Virus record (IMG/VR): IMGVR_UViG_3300032303_000159
Span: 1 to 24,542 of that record
DNA: 24,542 bases
Strand: one strand, 5' to 3'
Source of the DNA: a virus
Taxonomy: Duplodnaviria; Caudoviricetes
Part shown: positions 1 through 8,446 of the stretch, piece by piece
Layout: the number at the start of each line of letters is the position of its first letter
Position numbering within the stretch: position 1 is the stretch's first letter
Position numbers and translations under genes: made by a program
The notes under the pieces: model-generated
Told to the model about the DNA's origin: nothing
What the model saw: the letters and a program-made list of their open reading frames with translations, nothing else
The model's database searches: none

Positions 1-514
1 TTAGTTTCACATTTTTCATATCTTTAAGCCTGTTAGCTAAAGACACTCTTGCTATAGCCATCAGGTCTGCACCTAGTCCTTGAACTGGATAGTTAAGGAT
101 TTTAGTGCGAGGCCATTTGACTTTACCATACTTTACTTCAGGTTCGTAGTTATATACTCTACCTGTTGGCATTGTTATCTTTCTATCTCTCATAGCTTTG
201 GCTACAATATCTTTATGCCATTGACCAAGTCCTTTATACTTACTATAGAACTCGTCAATAACATTCTGCCAGAACGATTCACTATTACTTACATCTGTGA
301 AATTATTATCGTTAGCATAACTATAAGCAGAACCACCATAGATAAGCCGAAAGACAAACGTCTTAGCAATGAGGCGAGAAGGAAGCCCAAAACGAAGTTG
401 ATTATCTGCGTGTTGATCAGTTCCATCTCGTATCTCTTGTATTGCTATTGGATCTTGCGAAAGATAAGTTGCACATACCCATTCAAGAGCCTTTGCATCC
501 GCTTGTAAGAGCAT
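1..514 (-). CDS. DNA polymerase family A, C-terminal (palm/fingers) subunit; runs off the window edge
   Basis: Not in the ORF track. Hand translation from ATG at 514 (AAGGA RBS upstream) gives MLLQADAKALEWVCATYLSQD...SRLIAKTFVFRLIYGG...TMPTGR...ILNYPVQGLGADLM. This contains PolA motif A (DxxxxE), motif B (RxxxKxxxFxxxYG) and the NYPVQG motif. Confidence 0.93.
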   Translation of the reverse strand, partial: MLLQADAKALEWVCATYLSQDPIAIQEIRDGTDQHADNQLRFGLPSRLIAKTFVFRLIYGGSAYSYANDNNFTDVSNSESFWQNVIDEFYSKYKGLGQWHKDIVAKAMRDRKITMPTGRVYNYEPEVKYGKVKWPRTKILNYPVQGLGADLMAIARVSLANRLKDMKNVKL

Positions 515-602
515 CACATTCCTTTTGTTTTTCTGCTACTTTAAGTTGTTCTACTGCTTGTTCAGCATTTTGTTCATCAAACTCTTTATTATACTCACTC
601 AT
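483..602 (-). CDS. 39-aa acidic microprotein between the two polymerase halves
   Basis: MSEYNKEFDEQNAEQAVEQLKVAEKQKECDALTSGCKGS, preceded by a GGAG RBS. It overlaps the end of Pol-N and the start of Pol-C in the third frame. Confidence 0.55.
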   Translation of the reverse strand: MSEYNKEFDEQNAEQAVEQLKVAEKQKECDALTSGCKGS

Positions 603-1755
603 ATCTACTCCCGAATAATGTTTTAATTTCGCCATCAAAGTTTTGTAGGTTAGGTTTACTTGAACTAAGTCTACCTGTTCTAGCCACACATTGATTAAGC
701 TGTCCGTGTAATCTTCCTTCATGCCAGTTCATCTCCTTTCTTAAATCTACCAGTCCTCTATAGTAAGCTGTTAATCGTTTCTCTAGTGTTGCCCTTTTAA
801 CCAGGACTTCAACCAGGTCTTTACCATACTTACTTCTAGTCTTTACAGACTTTAAGGTCTGATCATCTGTTGAGAAAAAACCTTCTTTGTTTAACTCCGA
901 TCCTTTAAGGGGAGTTATAAGTCTAGGGAATACTATTTCATGTTCGACCCACCTTTCTTTTTGTTGACCCATACGAGTCCCTGTTTTAAATACGCCAATA
1001 ACTTCTCTACGCCTGACTTTAAAAGTCCCGCCATATAGAAGAGAAGATACATGCTCCGTGCTATTAGGATTAAACTCCACAAGCTCATGATACTCAAAAA
1101 GGATTCTGTCAATGATTTCAATTTGGTCTTCAAGTTCTTTAGCCAAATGATTGCTACTATTCTCATCAAATAAAAGTCCATTAAATTCCATCTCCTGTAA
1201 TATAATTAAATCTTGGTTATGTAAACTAATAAGTCTTTGCATAGGTTTTGTAGCTACCGCAAATTCTTCCATCTGTTTATCATATACCTTTTGCGTTAAC
1301 TGCAAATCACCAATTAAGTATTCTTCTAAGATATCTTTAGGAATGTTAGGTGTATCTATCTTGTTGCCCCAATACTCTGTAGCAACAACATCAAGTTTAC
1401 TACCCAAATCATAGTAAGCAGAGACGCCATTGAGACTTGGATAGGGATATTGTTGTCCTGTAAGTATAAAATGTACCAACTGACAATCCCAAATACGCTT
1501 ACCCACAAAGTTAATGCCATACTTGCGAAGCCAATGCAAATCAAACTTAATATTAAAGCCAACCAATATCTCACTCTCATCAATGTCCTTTTGTATTTCA
1601 TCTAGTTTATGGCGATAAGGTTCGTCACCGTACTCAATGCTAATGGTACGGGGAGTAGAACCGAGGAGCCCTACATAACATAATTTATTAGTCTCATCAA
1701 AGGGATTGCCTTTGTTGCTAATGGTTGTTTCTACATCTAAGACTAAGCTGCGCAA
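595..1755 (-). CDS. DNA polymerase family A, N-terminal part (3'-5' exonuclease + thumb)
   Basis: ExoI LDVET, ExoII GFNIKFDL, ExoIII YLIGDL, FNPNS, and RTGRLSSSKPNLQN. Stops just before motif A. Confidence 0.93.
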   Translation of the reverse strand: MRSLVLDVETTISNKGNPFDETNKLCYVGLLGSTPRTISIEYGDEPYRHKLDEIQKDIDESEILVGFNIKFDLHWLRKYGINFVGKRIWDCQLVHFILTGQQYPYPSLNGVSAYYDLGSKLDVVATEYWGNKIDTPNIPKDILEEYLIGDLQLTQKVYDKQMEEFAVATKPMQRLISLHNQDLIILQEMEFNGLLFDENSSNHLAKELEDQIEIIDRILFEYHELVEFNPNSTEHVSSLLYGGTFKVRRREVIGVFKTGTRMGQQKERWVEHEIVFPRLITPLKGSELNKEGFFSTDDQTLKSVKTRSKYGKDLVEVLVKRATLEKRLTAYYRGLVDLRKEMNWHEGRLHGQLNQCVARTGRLSSSKPNLQNFDGEIKTLFGSRYE

Positions 1756-1895
1756 TCGCCAGTTCCTTTGTTAAGTGGATAGAATTTATCTACAGCATCA
1801 AGAAGAGTTTCATTCTCTTCTACAAAATCTAGTATATCATGGATATCTTCTGGAGACAAGTCAGGTCTTAATAACAATATAGTTTCTACACTCAA
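1743..1895 (-). CDS. 50-aa hypothetical protein
   Basis: TTG start with GAGGAG RBS; MSVETILLLRPDLSPEDIHDILDFVEENETLLDAVDKFYPLNKGTGDCAA. Overlaps both neighbouring genes. Confidence 0.65.
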   Translation of the reverse strand: MSVETILLLRPDLSPEDIHDILDFVEENETLLDAVDKFYPLNKGTGDCAA

Positions 1896-2035
1896 AATAA
1901 ACACTCCTCTAATTTAGTTATATCAATCTTAGGTTCTTTATATTTAATACTACCACTAGCAGGATAATCAAACCATCTAATGATTGAACCATCCCAATCT
2001 AGTAATACCCACCTAGTCCACTTAGAGATCTTCAT
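1892..2035 (-). CDS. 47-aa hypothetical protein
   Basis: MKISKWTRWVLLDWDGSIIRWFDYPASGSIKYKEPKIDITKLEECLF; fills the gap between the helicase and the next ORF with short overlaps. Confidence 0.6.
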   Translation of the reverse strand: MKISKWTRWVLLDWDGSIIRWFDYPASGSIKYKEPKIDITKLEECLF

Positions 2036-3263
2036 ATCGTGCAATCTCAGGTTTAATTAATACTTGTGTTGAACCATGACGTAAGTCAGGTCTTGTATCT
2101 TTATCACCAATAAGTTTATTCTTACTGATGTTAAAGTATCTAGTACGACTGGTGTTATCTTGTTCTTTACCTATTCCCAAGATCCAATCAGCTTCGCCTT
2201 GCTTGGCTGTTTTACTGCCATCAACCATGTCCATAGTAAGAAATAGTTTACCTTCGGCTTCACCACTTGCTTGTGATACAGCGATGACTGGTGCGTATGT
2301 TTTAGCAATCTCTCTTGCCCATTGGTAAATGGCTTTAAGTTCAAGATCATTACGTTCTCCTTTGAATCCACGAATCTTATCTATCTGGTCAAAGATAATA
2401 AGAGCAGGGTTATAATGTTTAAGCACAGCTTCAATACGATGTTTACTACTTGAGTCTTCGAAGTCTAGAATCTTAATTCTATCTTGAGTTAACTCTTCGT
2501 ATTTAGCTTGTTTGACTTCGTCGTTAATAAACAACTCGTTGATGTTGAGACCGAGTGCAGCTTGGAAGACTCGTATGCCCACTTTATTTCCTTGTTCTTC
2601 ATTATTAAACCATAGTATATCACCGTCAGTTTGGCTGACCATGCTCGTAATCTCTGACGCAAGGAATGTAGTTTTACCTGTTTCTGGCCTAGCGAAGATA
2701 AACCCAAAGTCACCTTTTCTAAGAGACCCAAGACTTTGATTAAGCCATTTAACCCGCCAACGTAGGCCTGGTGTATGTATCTGTGTTTCATATAGCTCCT
2801 TTAAATTCATTCTAACTGGTGTAATTTCTGATACTTCAACTTCTTGATGTTCAAACTCATTGAACAAGTCAAGTAATTGATCCGTTGTTTTCTTACCTGC
2901 TTCTACATCTAAAGCCATCAGTGCTACTTGCCCTGCAAGGGAACGTCTGCGGTGTTCTTCTAACAGTCCTACAAGTAATTCTCTATTGGATACATCTTGT
3001 TTAAATACATCTTCTAACAAAGAAGATAGATCTTTTCTTTCATTATCTTTTAATAAATAATTACTATTATAATATATATCTAATTCATTTATATTTATAG
3101 TTATAGTATTTATATATTTATTATAATATAAATCTATTATATTAAATAATTTATATAATTCATTATAATTAATCTTAATATAATTAATGTTAACATACTT
3201 GTAATACTTTGTAAAGAGTTCTTTGTCTTCACAGAACAACTTAATTATCTGTTTTTCAACCAT
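2022..3263 (-). CDS. Replicative SF4 (DnaB-like) DNA helicase
   Basis: Walker A ARPETGKT, catalytic NNEE, Walker B IIFDQ, VSQAS, GSKTAKQGEAD and ISKNK; adjacent to primase. Confidence 0.92.
   Translation of the reverse strand: MVEKQIIKLFCEDKELFTKYYKYVNINYIKINYNELYKLFNIIDLYYNKYINTITININELDIYYNSNYLLKDNERKDLSSLLEDVFKQDVSNRELLVGLLEEHRRRSLAGQVALMALDVEAGKKTTDQLLDLFNEFEHQEVEVSEITPVRMNLKELYETQIHTPGLRWRVKWLNQSLGSLRKGDFGFIFARPETGKTTFLASEITSMVSQTDGDILWFNNEEQGNKVGIRVFQAALGLNINELFINDEVKQAKYEELTQDRIKILDFEDSSSKHRIEAVLKHYNPALIIFDQIDKIRGFKGERNDLELKAIYQWAREIAKTYAPVIAVSQASGEAEGKLFLTMDMVDGSKTAKQGEADWILGIGKEQDNTSRTRYFNISKNKLIGDKDTRPDLRHGSTQVLIKPEIARYEDL
3048..3188. other. Very AT-rich block inside the helicase 5' coding region
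   Basis: 8 G/C in 141 bp by hand count; encodes a Y/N/I/K-rich peptide. Confidence 0.85.
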
Positions 3264-3934
3264 TCGGTTATTTCTCCTGTGTTATATTCTTTAGGATCTT
3301 TAGGTGTGATAATAACATCAGCATTGATTCCCTTTTGTTTAAGATTCCTAGCCATTTTAACAGCCTCTATTGCTTTATCCCTATCTAGCCATACCTTTAC
3401 ATTTTTAAAGCGTTCTAGGATGGTTTCTGTGAGTTTTAGAGGCATAGTAGAACCTAATAGAGGTGTGGCACATACACCCCCATTAGATTTTACCACCTTA
3501 ATTGAAGACACTACGTCTTCCACACAAACTAGTGTATTACCTAACCCATAGAATAGTAAAGGTTTTTTACCCTTTGATCTATACTTTGCTCCATATCCAC
3601 TAAAGTTTCTACCCTGATAATATTCAGGTGTGTTAACTAAGACTAACATTTGTTCAGTATTATTCCAACCAATTTTATAAGTTTCTGCATCTTGTTTAGT
3701 TATCCCATATTGTAAAAGCCATTGCATAGCTTCTTTAGGTATGTTATAATCAACATCCAGTTCGAATGAGGAAGAGCTCTCACCTGCGGATGAGCTCAGA
3801 CGAAGACGAATGGATGCCAAGTCATTAGTTTTTTTAGTATAGCCACAACCAAAACAATATGACCCATCAGTATACTCTGCTAAGTTATCACGACTACCAC
3901 AACTAGGACAGTTAGTATGCCTTATAAACGACAT
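3245..3934 (-). CDS. DNA primase (Zn-binding domain + TOPRIM)
   Basis: CPSCGSRDN...CFGC zinc finger, YQGR, TOPRIM VEDVVS and WLDRD, C-terminal KDPKE; GGAGG RBS. Confidence 0.92.
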   Translation of the reverse strand: MSFIRHTNCPSCGSRDNLAEYTDGSYCFGCGYTKKTNDLASIRLRLSSSAGESSSSFELDVDYNIPKEAMQWLLQYGITKQDAETYKIGWNNTEQMLVLVNTPEYYQGRNFSGYGAKYRSKGKKPLLFYGLGNTLVCVEDVVSSIKVVKSNGGVCATPLLGSTMPLKLTETILERFKNVKVWLDRDKAIEAVKMARNLKQKGINADVIITPKDPKEYNTGEITEWLKNR

Positions 3935-3997
3935 AGTTCCTCCATAGATAGCATCGCTACGACCAGATCGTCTGGTCTACTCTGCAATCGTATGTCG

Positions 3998-4228
3998 TCA
4001 ATGACCACAATAAGCTTCAGTAATCTTTTTAGAATCATACTTGTTTTCTTTATTGTAAACTTGTTTATGAGTATCATCTTTATACAAAGGAGTTAACTCT
4101 GCATGATGCACATCTTTAATCTTCATAGTTTGTTTTAAATCAGAAGGTAAGAATGTCCAAAGATGATGAACCCTTAAGTTTCCATTAGTATCAAACTCTT
4201 CATACAACCAAGCGTCAGGTGTTTTCAT
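3998..4228 (-). CDS. Hypothetical protein (76 aa)
   Basis: Operon-strand ORF overlapping its upstream neighbour, with a GAGG RBS. Confidence 0.7.
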   Translation of the reverse strand: MKTPDAWLYEEFDTNGNLRVHHLWTFLPSDLKQTMKIKDVHHAELTPLYKDDTHKQVYNKENKYDSKKITEAYCGH

Positions 4229-4403
4229 ATTTCTTTATTACCTCTCCAGTAGACTTATCAAGTTCATAAGTAGCTAAGTCATTGTTATTAAGTTTTTGTT
4301 GTTTAATTCTTTTAGGGAATATTAAATCCCAATTATCTTCGCCTTCTTTAGATAGGGTTTTGTTAATTAATCTATCTCCAGTTATATCATTCCTGCCACT
4401 CAT
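4215..4403 (-). CDS. Hypothetical protein (62 aa, MSGRNDITGDRL...)
   Basis: Start moved to ATG 4403, which has an AGGAG RBS; the longer track start overlaps the upstream gene extensively. Confidence 0.7.
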   Translation of the reverse strand: MSGRNDITGDRLINKTLSKEGEDNWDLIFPKRIKQQKLNNNDLATYELDKSTGEVIKKYENT

Positions 4404-4608
4404 TTGGTAAATCTCCTTGTAAGTCATCAAGTTCAACATCATCTTCAAAAGAATCTCCATCTCTGAGATCTTCTCTGACAATAGCTTCTATATCACGTTC
4501 TACAGGATGATAGCAATGATTACAAAGATCAAAGTATTCCCCAGTTATTGCAGATTTTCTTGTTGCTTCAAAATCATTTAAGATTTTGTTGCAGGCTAAA
4601 CAACGCAT
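4387..4608 (-). CDS. Small zinc-finger protein with acidic tail
   Basis: MRCLACN...DLCNHC (CxxC/CxxC); AGGGG RBS. Confidence 0.75.
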   Translation of the reverse strand: MRCLACNKILNDFEATRKSAITGEYFDLCNHCYHPVERDIEAIVREDLRDGDSFEDDVELDDLQGDLPNEWQE

Positions 4609-4619
4609 TTTATACCCCT

Positions 4620-5369
4620 TTAAATTATACTTCTATAATAATTGTATATTGCTTTTGCATATTTGTCAAGCGTTGTTCCTTCTAAACCAGGAGCGGTATT
4701 AACTTCAAAGACAAAGAATTGATTATCAATTAGTCGGTGCCCAATATCAACGGCACCGAAATCAAGGCCCAGTAATTGAACAGCCCTGCGGGCTGATGAT
4801 AGTAGTTCTTCGGTCGGAGCAATTTCTGCCCTTGCGTAGACCCATCCGTTGCTATGGTTTCTAATGCCATTGCCATTACCATACCCCAGTTTCTTTTTCT
4901 TTTGTTGAACATCAAGTATCTGATCACGGAATACGTGAACACGATACTCGTGCTTATGTTTAGTAGCTACAGTATACAATGGAGCATTGACTAATTCATT
5001 AAAAGTATTAGCAATAATAATACCACGGCCACTATGTCCTGTGGTTGTAGTTCTACAATATATATCTTTACCATTAGCAAGCTTATATATTTCTTGTTTA
5101 CTAATAGACCATTTAGGAAGATTAGTAAACCCATTTTGAGAAAGTATATTGAATGTAGTAAGTTTGTCACAAGCTAATTGAATAGAATTAGGTTTATTTA
5201 AATCCTGTTCCATCCACCTAAAATGAGGTGGATTGGAGTTGCCCCAGTTTACAATGACATCTTTACGTCTAGCGTTATAGGAAGGCGAAACCCTTAGAAT
5301 ACCAAGGGTTCTAGCCAATCTTTTAGCAGATACACTATCTACTTTATAAGGAAAAAGTTTAAGACTCAT
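4620..5369 (-). CDS. ATP-grasp peptide/amide ligase (RimK-like, phiEco32-type)
   Basis: VNWG, DKL, GHSGRGI loop, EYRVHVF, RNHSNG, LGLDFGAVD and EVNTAPGL are typical ATP-grasp motifs. Confidence 0.88.
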   Translation of the reverse strand: MSLKLFPYKVDSVSAKRLARTLGILRVSPSYNARRKDVIVNWGNSNPPHFRWMEQDLNKPNSIQLACDKLTTFNILSQNGFTNLPKWSISKQEIYKLANGKDIYCRTTTTGHSGRGIIIANTFNELVNAPLYTVATKHKHEYRVHVFRDQILDVQQKKKKLGYGNGNGIRNHSNGWVYARAEIAPTEELLSSARRAVQLLGLDFGAVDIGHRLIDNQFFVFEVNTAPGLEGTTLDKYAKAIYNYYRSII

Positions 5370-5487
5370 TGTTATTCTCCCACCAATAATAAATTAAAAG
5401 TGCAATACCAATAATAATTAGTAAAGGTATTATTACTATCCATTCTGCAACTTCTTTAGCTAACCAAAACTTTATGTATTCATTCAT
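5359..5487 (-). CDS. 42-aa single-pass membrane peptide
   Basis: MNEYIKFWLAKEVAEWIVIIPLLIIIGIALLIYYWWENNNES; ATGA overlap with the GATase stop, AAGGA RBS, and it overlaps the ATP-grasp start. Confidence 0.7.
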   Translation of the reverse strand: MNEYIKFWLAKEVAEWIVIIPLLIIIGIALLIYYWWENNNES

Positions 5488-6425
5488 TTAGTTTTTCCTT
5501 TTAATAAAGAAGGTGATGCATAGTTATGATATGCAGGTACACCTACTGGTTCTATTGAGTCATCTTCATATTCATAATCATCTACAAAAGATAAAGAATG
5601 GAATGGAACATTATAAAGAAACTCTACAGTTCCTTGATATGTTTCAAACATAAGATCACAAGTAAAGTCTTGGTTAACTGCTACAACTTCCATTAGTTCA
5701 CCAGTCTCATATACTTTAAGAGTAGCAGGATCAGCTACGTCTTCTAGTAATTCTACTAGTGTACCTACTGCAATTACACTAGGTGTTGGTGTTGTAGCTA
5801 CCTTTACACTAGCTTTGTATGTTGCTACTGGTTTACGCCAGTTACCATAACTGTAATCAGTATCTTTCCATGTTGTAACAGGAGCTATATAAGGCTTATA
5901 ACTTGTATTAGAATACCAAATCTCATCATCCCAAACACCCTTATTTTCGTTGAAGATGTTGTGATTTCCATGACGATCGAGGAAGATAAGTTTACTATAT
6001 CCAATACGAGATTCAATTAAGTCTTTCAATGGATCTTGGAAGATAGCCAAGTTACCCCACTTGTTAACAAGCGGTTGAAGAACGTTATTATTAAATCCAA
6101 TGGTATCACTGTGATCAGAATCACCGAAACCATTGATAATGCCGTTATGGACAAAGCCAACTGCATTATTAATTGCAAAGGGATGACAATTTGTTTTATC
6201 AATTTTACCATGAGTCTTTATCCTAAAATGTAAGACAACTTTCTTGTCTTGATGTTTAACATATTCTTTGTAGAATTCTTTTAGTGAAAAGAAACCTTTC
6301 TTAATATGTAACTGTTTATCTTCTGCAAACATGAAGCCTGCCCCATCTGGATTAGAATCATAACACTCTTTAAGTGTGTTGTATGGAATAATCTTTTCTT
6401 CTGGTTTATATATTGCTATACACAT
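5484..6425 (-). CDS. Class II (Ntn) glutamine amidotransferase with C-terminal extension
   Basis: N-terminal nucleophile M-C, NPDGAG, HFRIKTHG, NCHPF, HNGII and SDT. Confidence 0.9.
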   Translation of the reverse strand: MCIAIYKPEEKIIPYNTLKECYDSNPDGAGFMFAEDKQLHIKKGFFSLKEFYKEYVKHQDKKVVLHFRIKTHGKIDKTNCHPFAINNAVGFVHNGIINGFGDSDHSDTIGFNNNVLQPLVNKWGNLAIFQDPLKDLIESRIGYSKLIFLDRHGNHNIFNENKGVWDDEIWYSNTSYKPYIAPVTTWKDTDYSYGNWRKPVATYKASVKVATTPTPSVIAVGTLVELLEDVADPATLKVYETGELMEVVAVNQDFTCDLMFETYQGTVEFLYNVPFHSLSFVDDYEYEDDSIEPVGVPAYHNYASPSLLKGKTK

Positions 6426-7989
6426 TGTTAATGTCCTTTTTTAAATGATTACTAAGTTCAGGAAACATACGTTTACGTTGTGATAACCACGCAACGAATG
6501 CTTCATGATGTGTTTGTTTCTTTAGTGCTTCGTTTGATTGAGCAGGCATGCAATAATCAACAAGTGCTTGAACAAATTGTAAACGCATTGCAAACTCTTT
6601 GTAATTCATTGGAGTCGCAAACAATCTGACTTCAATTGTTTTCTCATTGTTAAGATTAAGTGCATTGTATCTGTCACCACCATGTCGATTCTTTCTTGGA
6701 AAGATAATAGTACGATCACTGTTCATACGTGCATAGTTATTATCTATGCGACCTGCAATGTGATGTATAAATTCTTTATTATCAAAACGATTTAAGAATT
6801 CAGTCAACTTGCCAATTGTCAACTGCGACAAGGGTTTCCGAGACACATGTACATGCATACCTACGTTGTTTGCTACCTTAAGATCCTTAGGTATGTTATC
6901 GTAAAACTTCTTAAAGATTTCAAGATGAATGTCTAATGTTGCAGGACAAGTTACAATCTCAAAACCATTACGAATTGAACCATCTGTTTTCATAAGAGCA
7001 TGACCATGCATTAGCTTACCAACACCTAATTGTGCACGATTACGATTATCTGTTTCATATTCTAATTCACAACCAAGATACACAGTGTTTGGTCTAACAC
7101 GAGTAGCTTTAAACTTAAGCATACTTTCTACACGAGTAGAATAGTTATGAAGTTTATATGATGCATCTAAACAATGATGACATACCTTGTCAATCATAAG
7201 TTCTGTAACAGTTTCATTACCACAATTAGTACAAGTATCAATATCTACTTCATCACGATTATATACATGACCATCATGAAAGAATTGTTCAGGCTTGAGC
7301 CATATATCATAACGTTCATTAAATGTATATCCATATTCTCTTGGATCAGTAAACTTATGCATCTGTACCCAATCGGAAGTGCCTAGTCTTACACGCTTTT
7401 GAGTACCATCTACATGATACTGATTAGTTAAAGCGTCTTTGTAATAAGCCCACTGAGGTATATCTTTAACTGCAAATAAATCTTCAAGGCTTATAGGATT
7501 ATCTAATGATTCTACTAACTGTCCTATCTCTACTGCTTTGTCAAGCATAACTTGAGTAGTACGATTAGGTCGTAATGCATTAGAACGAAGACGCCTTTTT
7601 AGATTACCCCAAAAGCCTTTCTTTAGAGTTCCATTTTTATTATGAAATTCTATTGGATTAACAAGATAATATAAAGCATCTATAATTGTAGAAGCATTAG
7701 CTCTATAACTCTGATGAGTTAATAAGTTTGTTTCTCTACATGCATCACGATGCACATTGTAAACAGTTAAACGTCTACTTTTATTAGTCTCATCGTTGGT
7801 ATAAAATTGCAATACACGCTGTTCTTTATACCAAATGGTAGACAAAGTAAAGGTAGTGCGAACAGACCTTTGTTCATTGTAATCCCAATTGGTATCTTCT
7901 TTAGTCCAATAAGTTTGTCGTATGTCTGGATGTTCCCATCTAAACATATTAAAAGCTTTATTGAAATCATTAAAACTATAAGGTTTCAT
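6406..7989 (-). CDS. Putative amidoligase (COOH-NH2 ligase, glutamine synthetase-like) with Zn ribbon and long N-terminal extension
   Basis: GCELEY, DGSI, GFEIVT, GMHVHV, RYNALN and TIEVRLF motifs; CTNC...CHHC precedes the ligase domain. Confidence 0.85.
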   Translation of the reverse strand: MKPYSFNDFNKAFNMFRWEHPDIRQTYWTKEDTNWDYNEQRSVRTTFTLSTIWYKEQRVLQFYTNDETNKSRRLTVYNVHRDACRETNLLTHQSYRANASTIIDALYYLVNPIEFHNKNGTLKKGFWGNLKRRLRSNALRPNRTTQVMLDKAVEIGQLVESLDNPISLEDLFAVKDIPQWAYYKDALTNQYHVDGTQKRVRLGTSDWVQMHKFTDPREYGYTFNERYDIWLKPEQFFHDGHVYNRDEVDIDTCTNCGNETVTELMIDKVCHHCLDASYKLHNYSTRVESMLKFKATRVRPNTVYLGCELEYETDNRNRAQLGVGKLMHGHALMKTDGSIRNGFEIVTCPATLDIHLEIFKKFYDNIPKDLKVANNVGMHVHVSRKPLSQLTIGKLTEFLNRFDNKEFIHHIAGRIDNNYARMNSDRTIIFPRKNRHGGDRYNALNLNNEKTIEVRLFATPMNYKEFAMRLQFVQALVDYCMPAQSNEALKKQTHHEAFVAWLSQRKRMFPELSNHLKKDINNVYSNI

Positions 7990-8097
7990 ACATGACTCCA
8001 GTGACTACGGGCAAAATTACCCACATAACACACTCGTAGATTGCCGACTACTGCCCACGGCATACGCGGACAATCATACGAATGTGCTATAAGTGTA

Positions 8098-8262
8098 TTA
8101 CTTGCACAAATATAAATACTGGGGATTGACAAGGCCAATCACCATGTATGTAACACACAGTACCATAATTGCAAATACAAATATTAAAACAAGTTTATCA
8201 AACAATTTTAAAGTTTGTTTGTACTTAGGTACAATTGTATACTCTTGACTATAATCGTCCAT
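8098..8262 (-). CDS. 54-aa membrane protein
   Basis: MDDYSQEYTIVPKYKQTLKLFDKLVLIFVFAIMVLCVTYMVIGLVNPQYLYLCK; AAGGAG RBS; one hydrophobic helix. Confidence 0.7.
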   Translation of the reverse strand: MDDYSQEYTIVPKYKQTLKLFDKLVLIFVFAIMVLCVTYMVIGLVNPQYLYLCK

Positions 8263-8446
8263 TTAGAATCTCCTTAAGTTGAAATTGAATTTCTACATCG
8301 AGTTTACCAACAACAAAGTCTGCCCCATATTTTAAGATGGAGTCTTGGAACTCACCAATTACATGATAGAAGAATGCTTCTTCTTGATCTATCTGAGCAT
8401 CAACAGAATCGCTATCATCAATATAATCAAAATCATCTGCACACAT
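8249..8446 (-). CDS. 65-aa acidic hypothetical protein (MCADDFDYIDD...)
   Basis: Start at ATG 8446 with AAGGA RBS. Confidence 0.7.
   Translation of the reverse strand: MCADDFDYIDDSDSVDAQIDQEEAFFYHVIGEFQDSILKYGADFVVGKLDVEIQFQLKEILNGRL

Noticed and set aside
80-508. 142-aa plus-strand ORF in the track
   Set aside because: Antisense shadow of the polymerase C-terminal gene, which has clear PolA motifs on the minus strand.
515-594. Intron, intein or ribosomal bypass joining the polymerase halves
   Set aside because: Only 80 nt, with no group I/II features and no matching landing codon after the last in-frame stop; Pol-C has its own RBS. Not excluded experimentally.
1743-1895. N-terminus ETILLLRPDLS resembles ribosomal protein bS6, which is tempting beside a RimK-like ligase
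   Set aside because: Only ~12 residues match, the protein is about half the length of bS6, and it lacks the rest of the fold motifs; likely coincidence. An HMM search would settle it.
933-7995. Short alternative-frame and antisense ORFs nested in the pol, helicase, primase, ATP-grasp, GATase and amidoligase genes
   Set aside because: They lie wholly or almost wholly inside well-supported genes and have no recognisable motifs.
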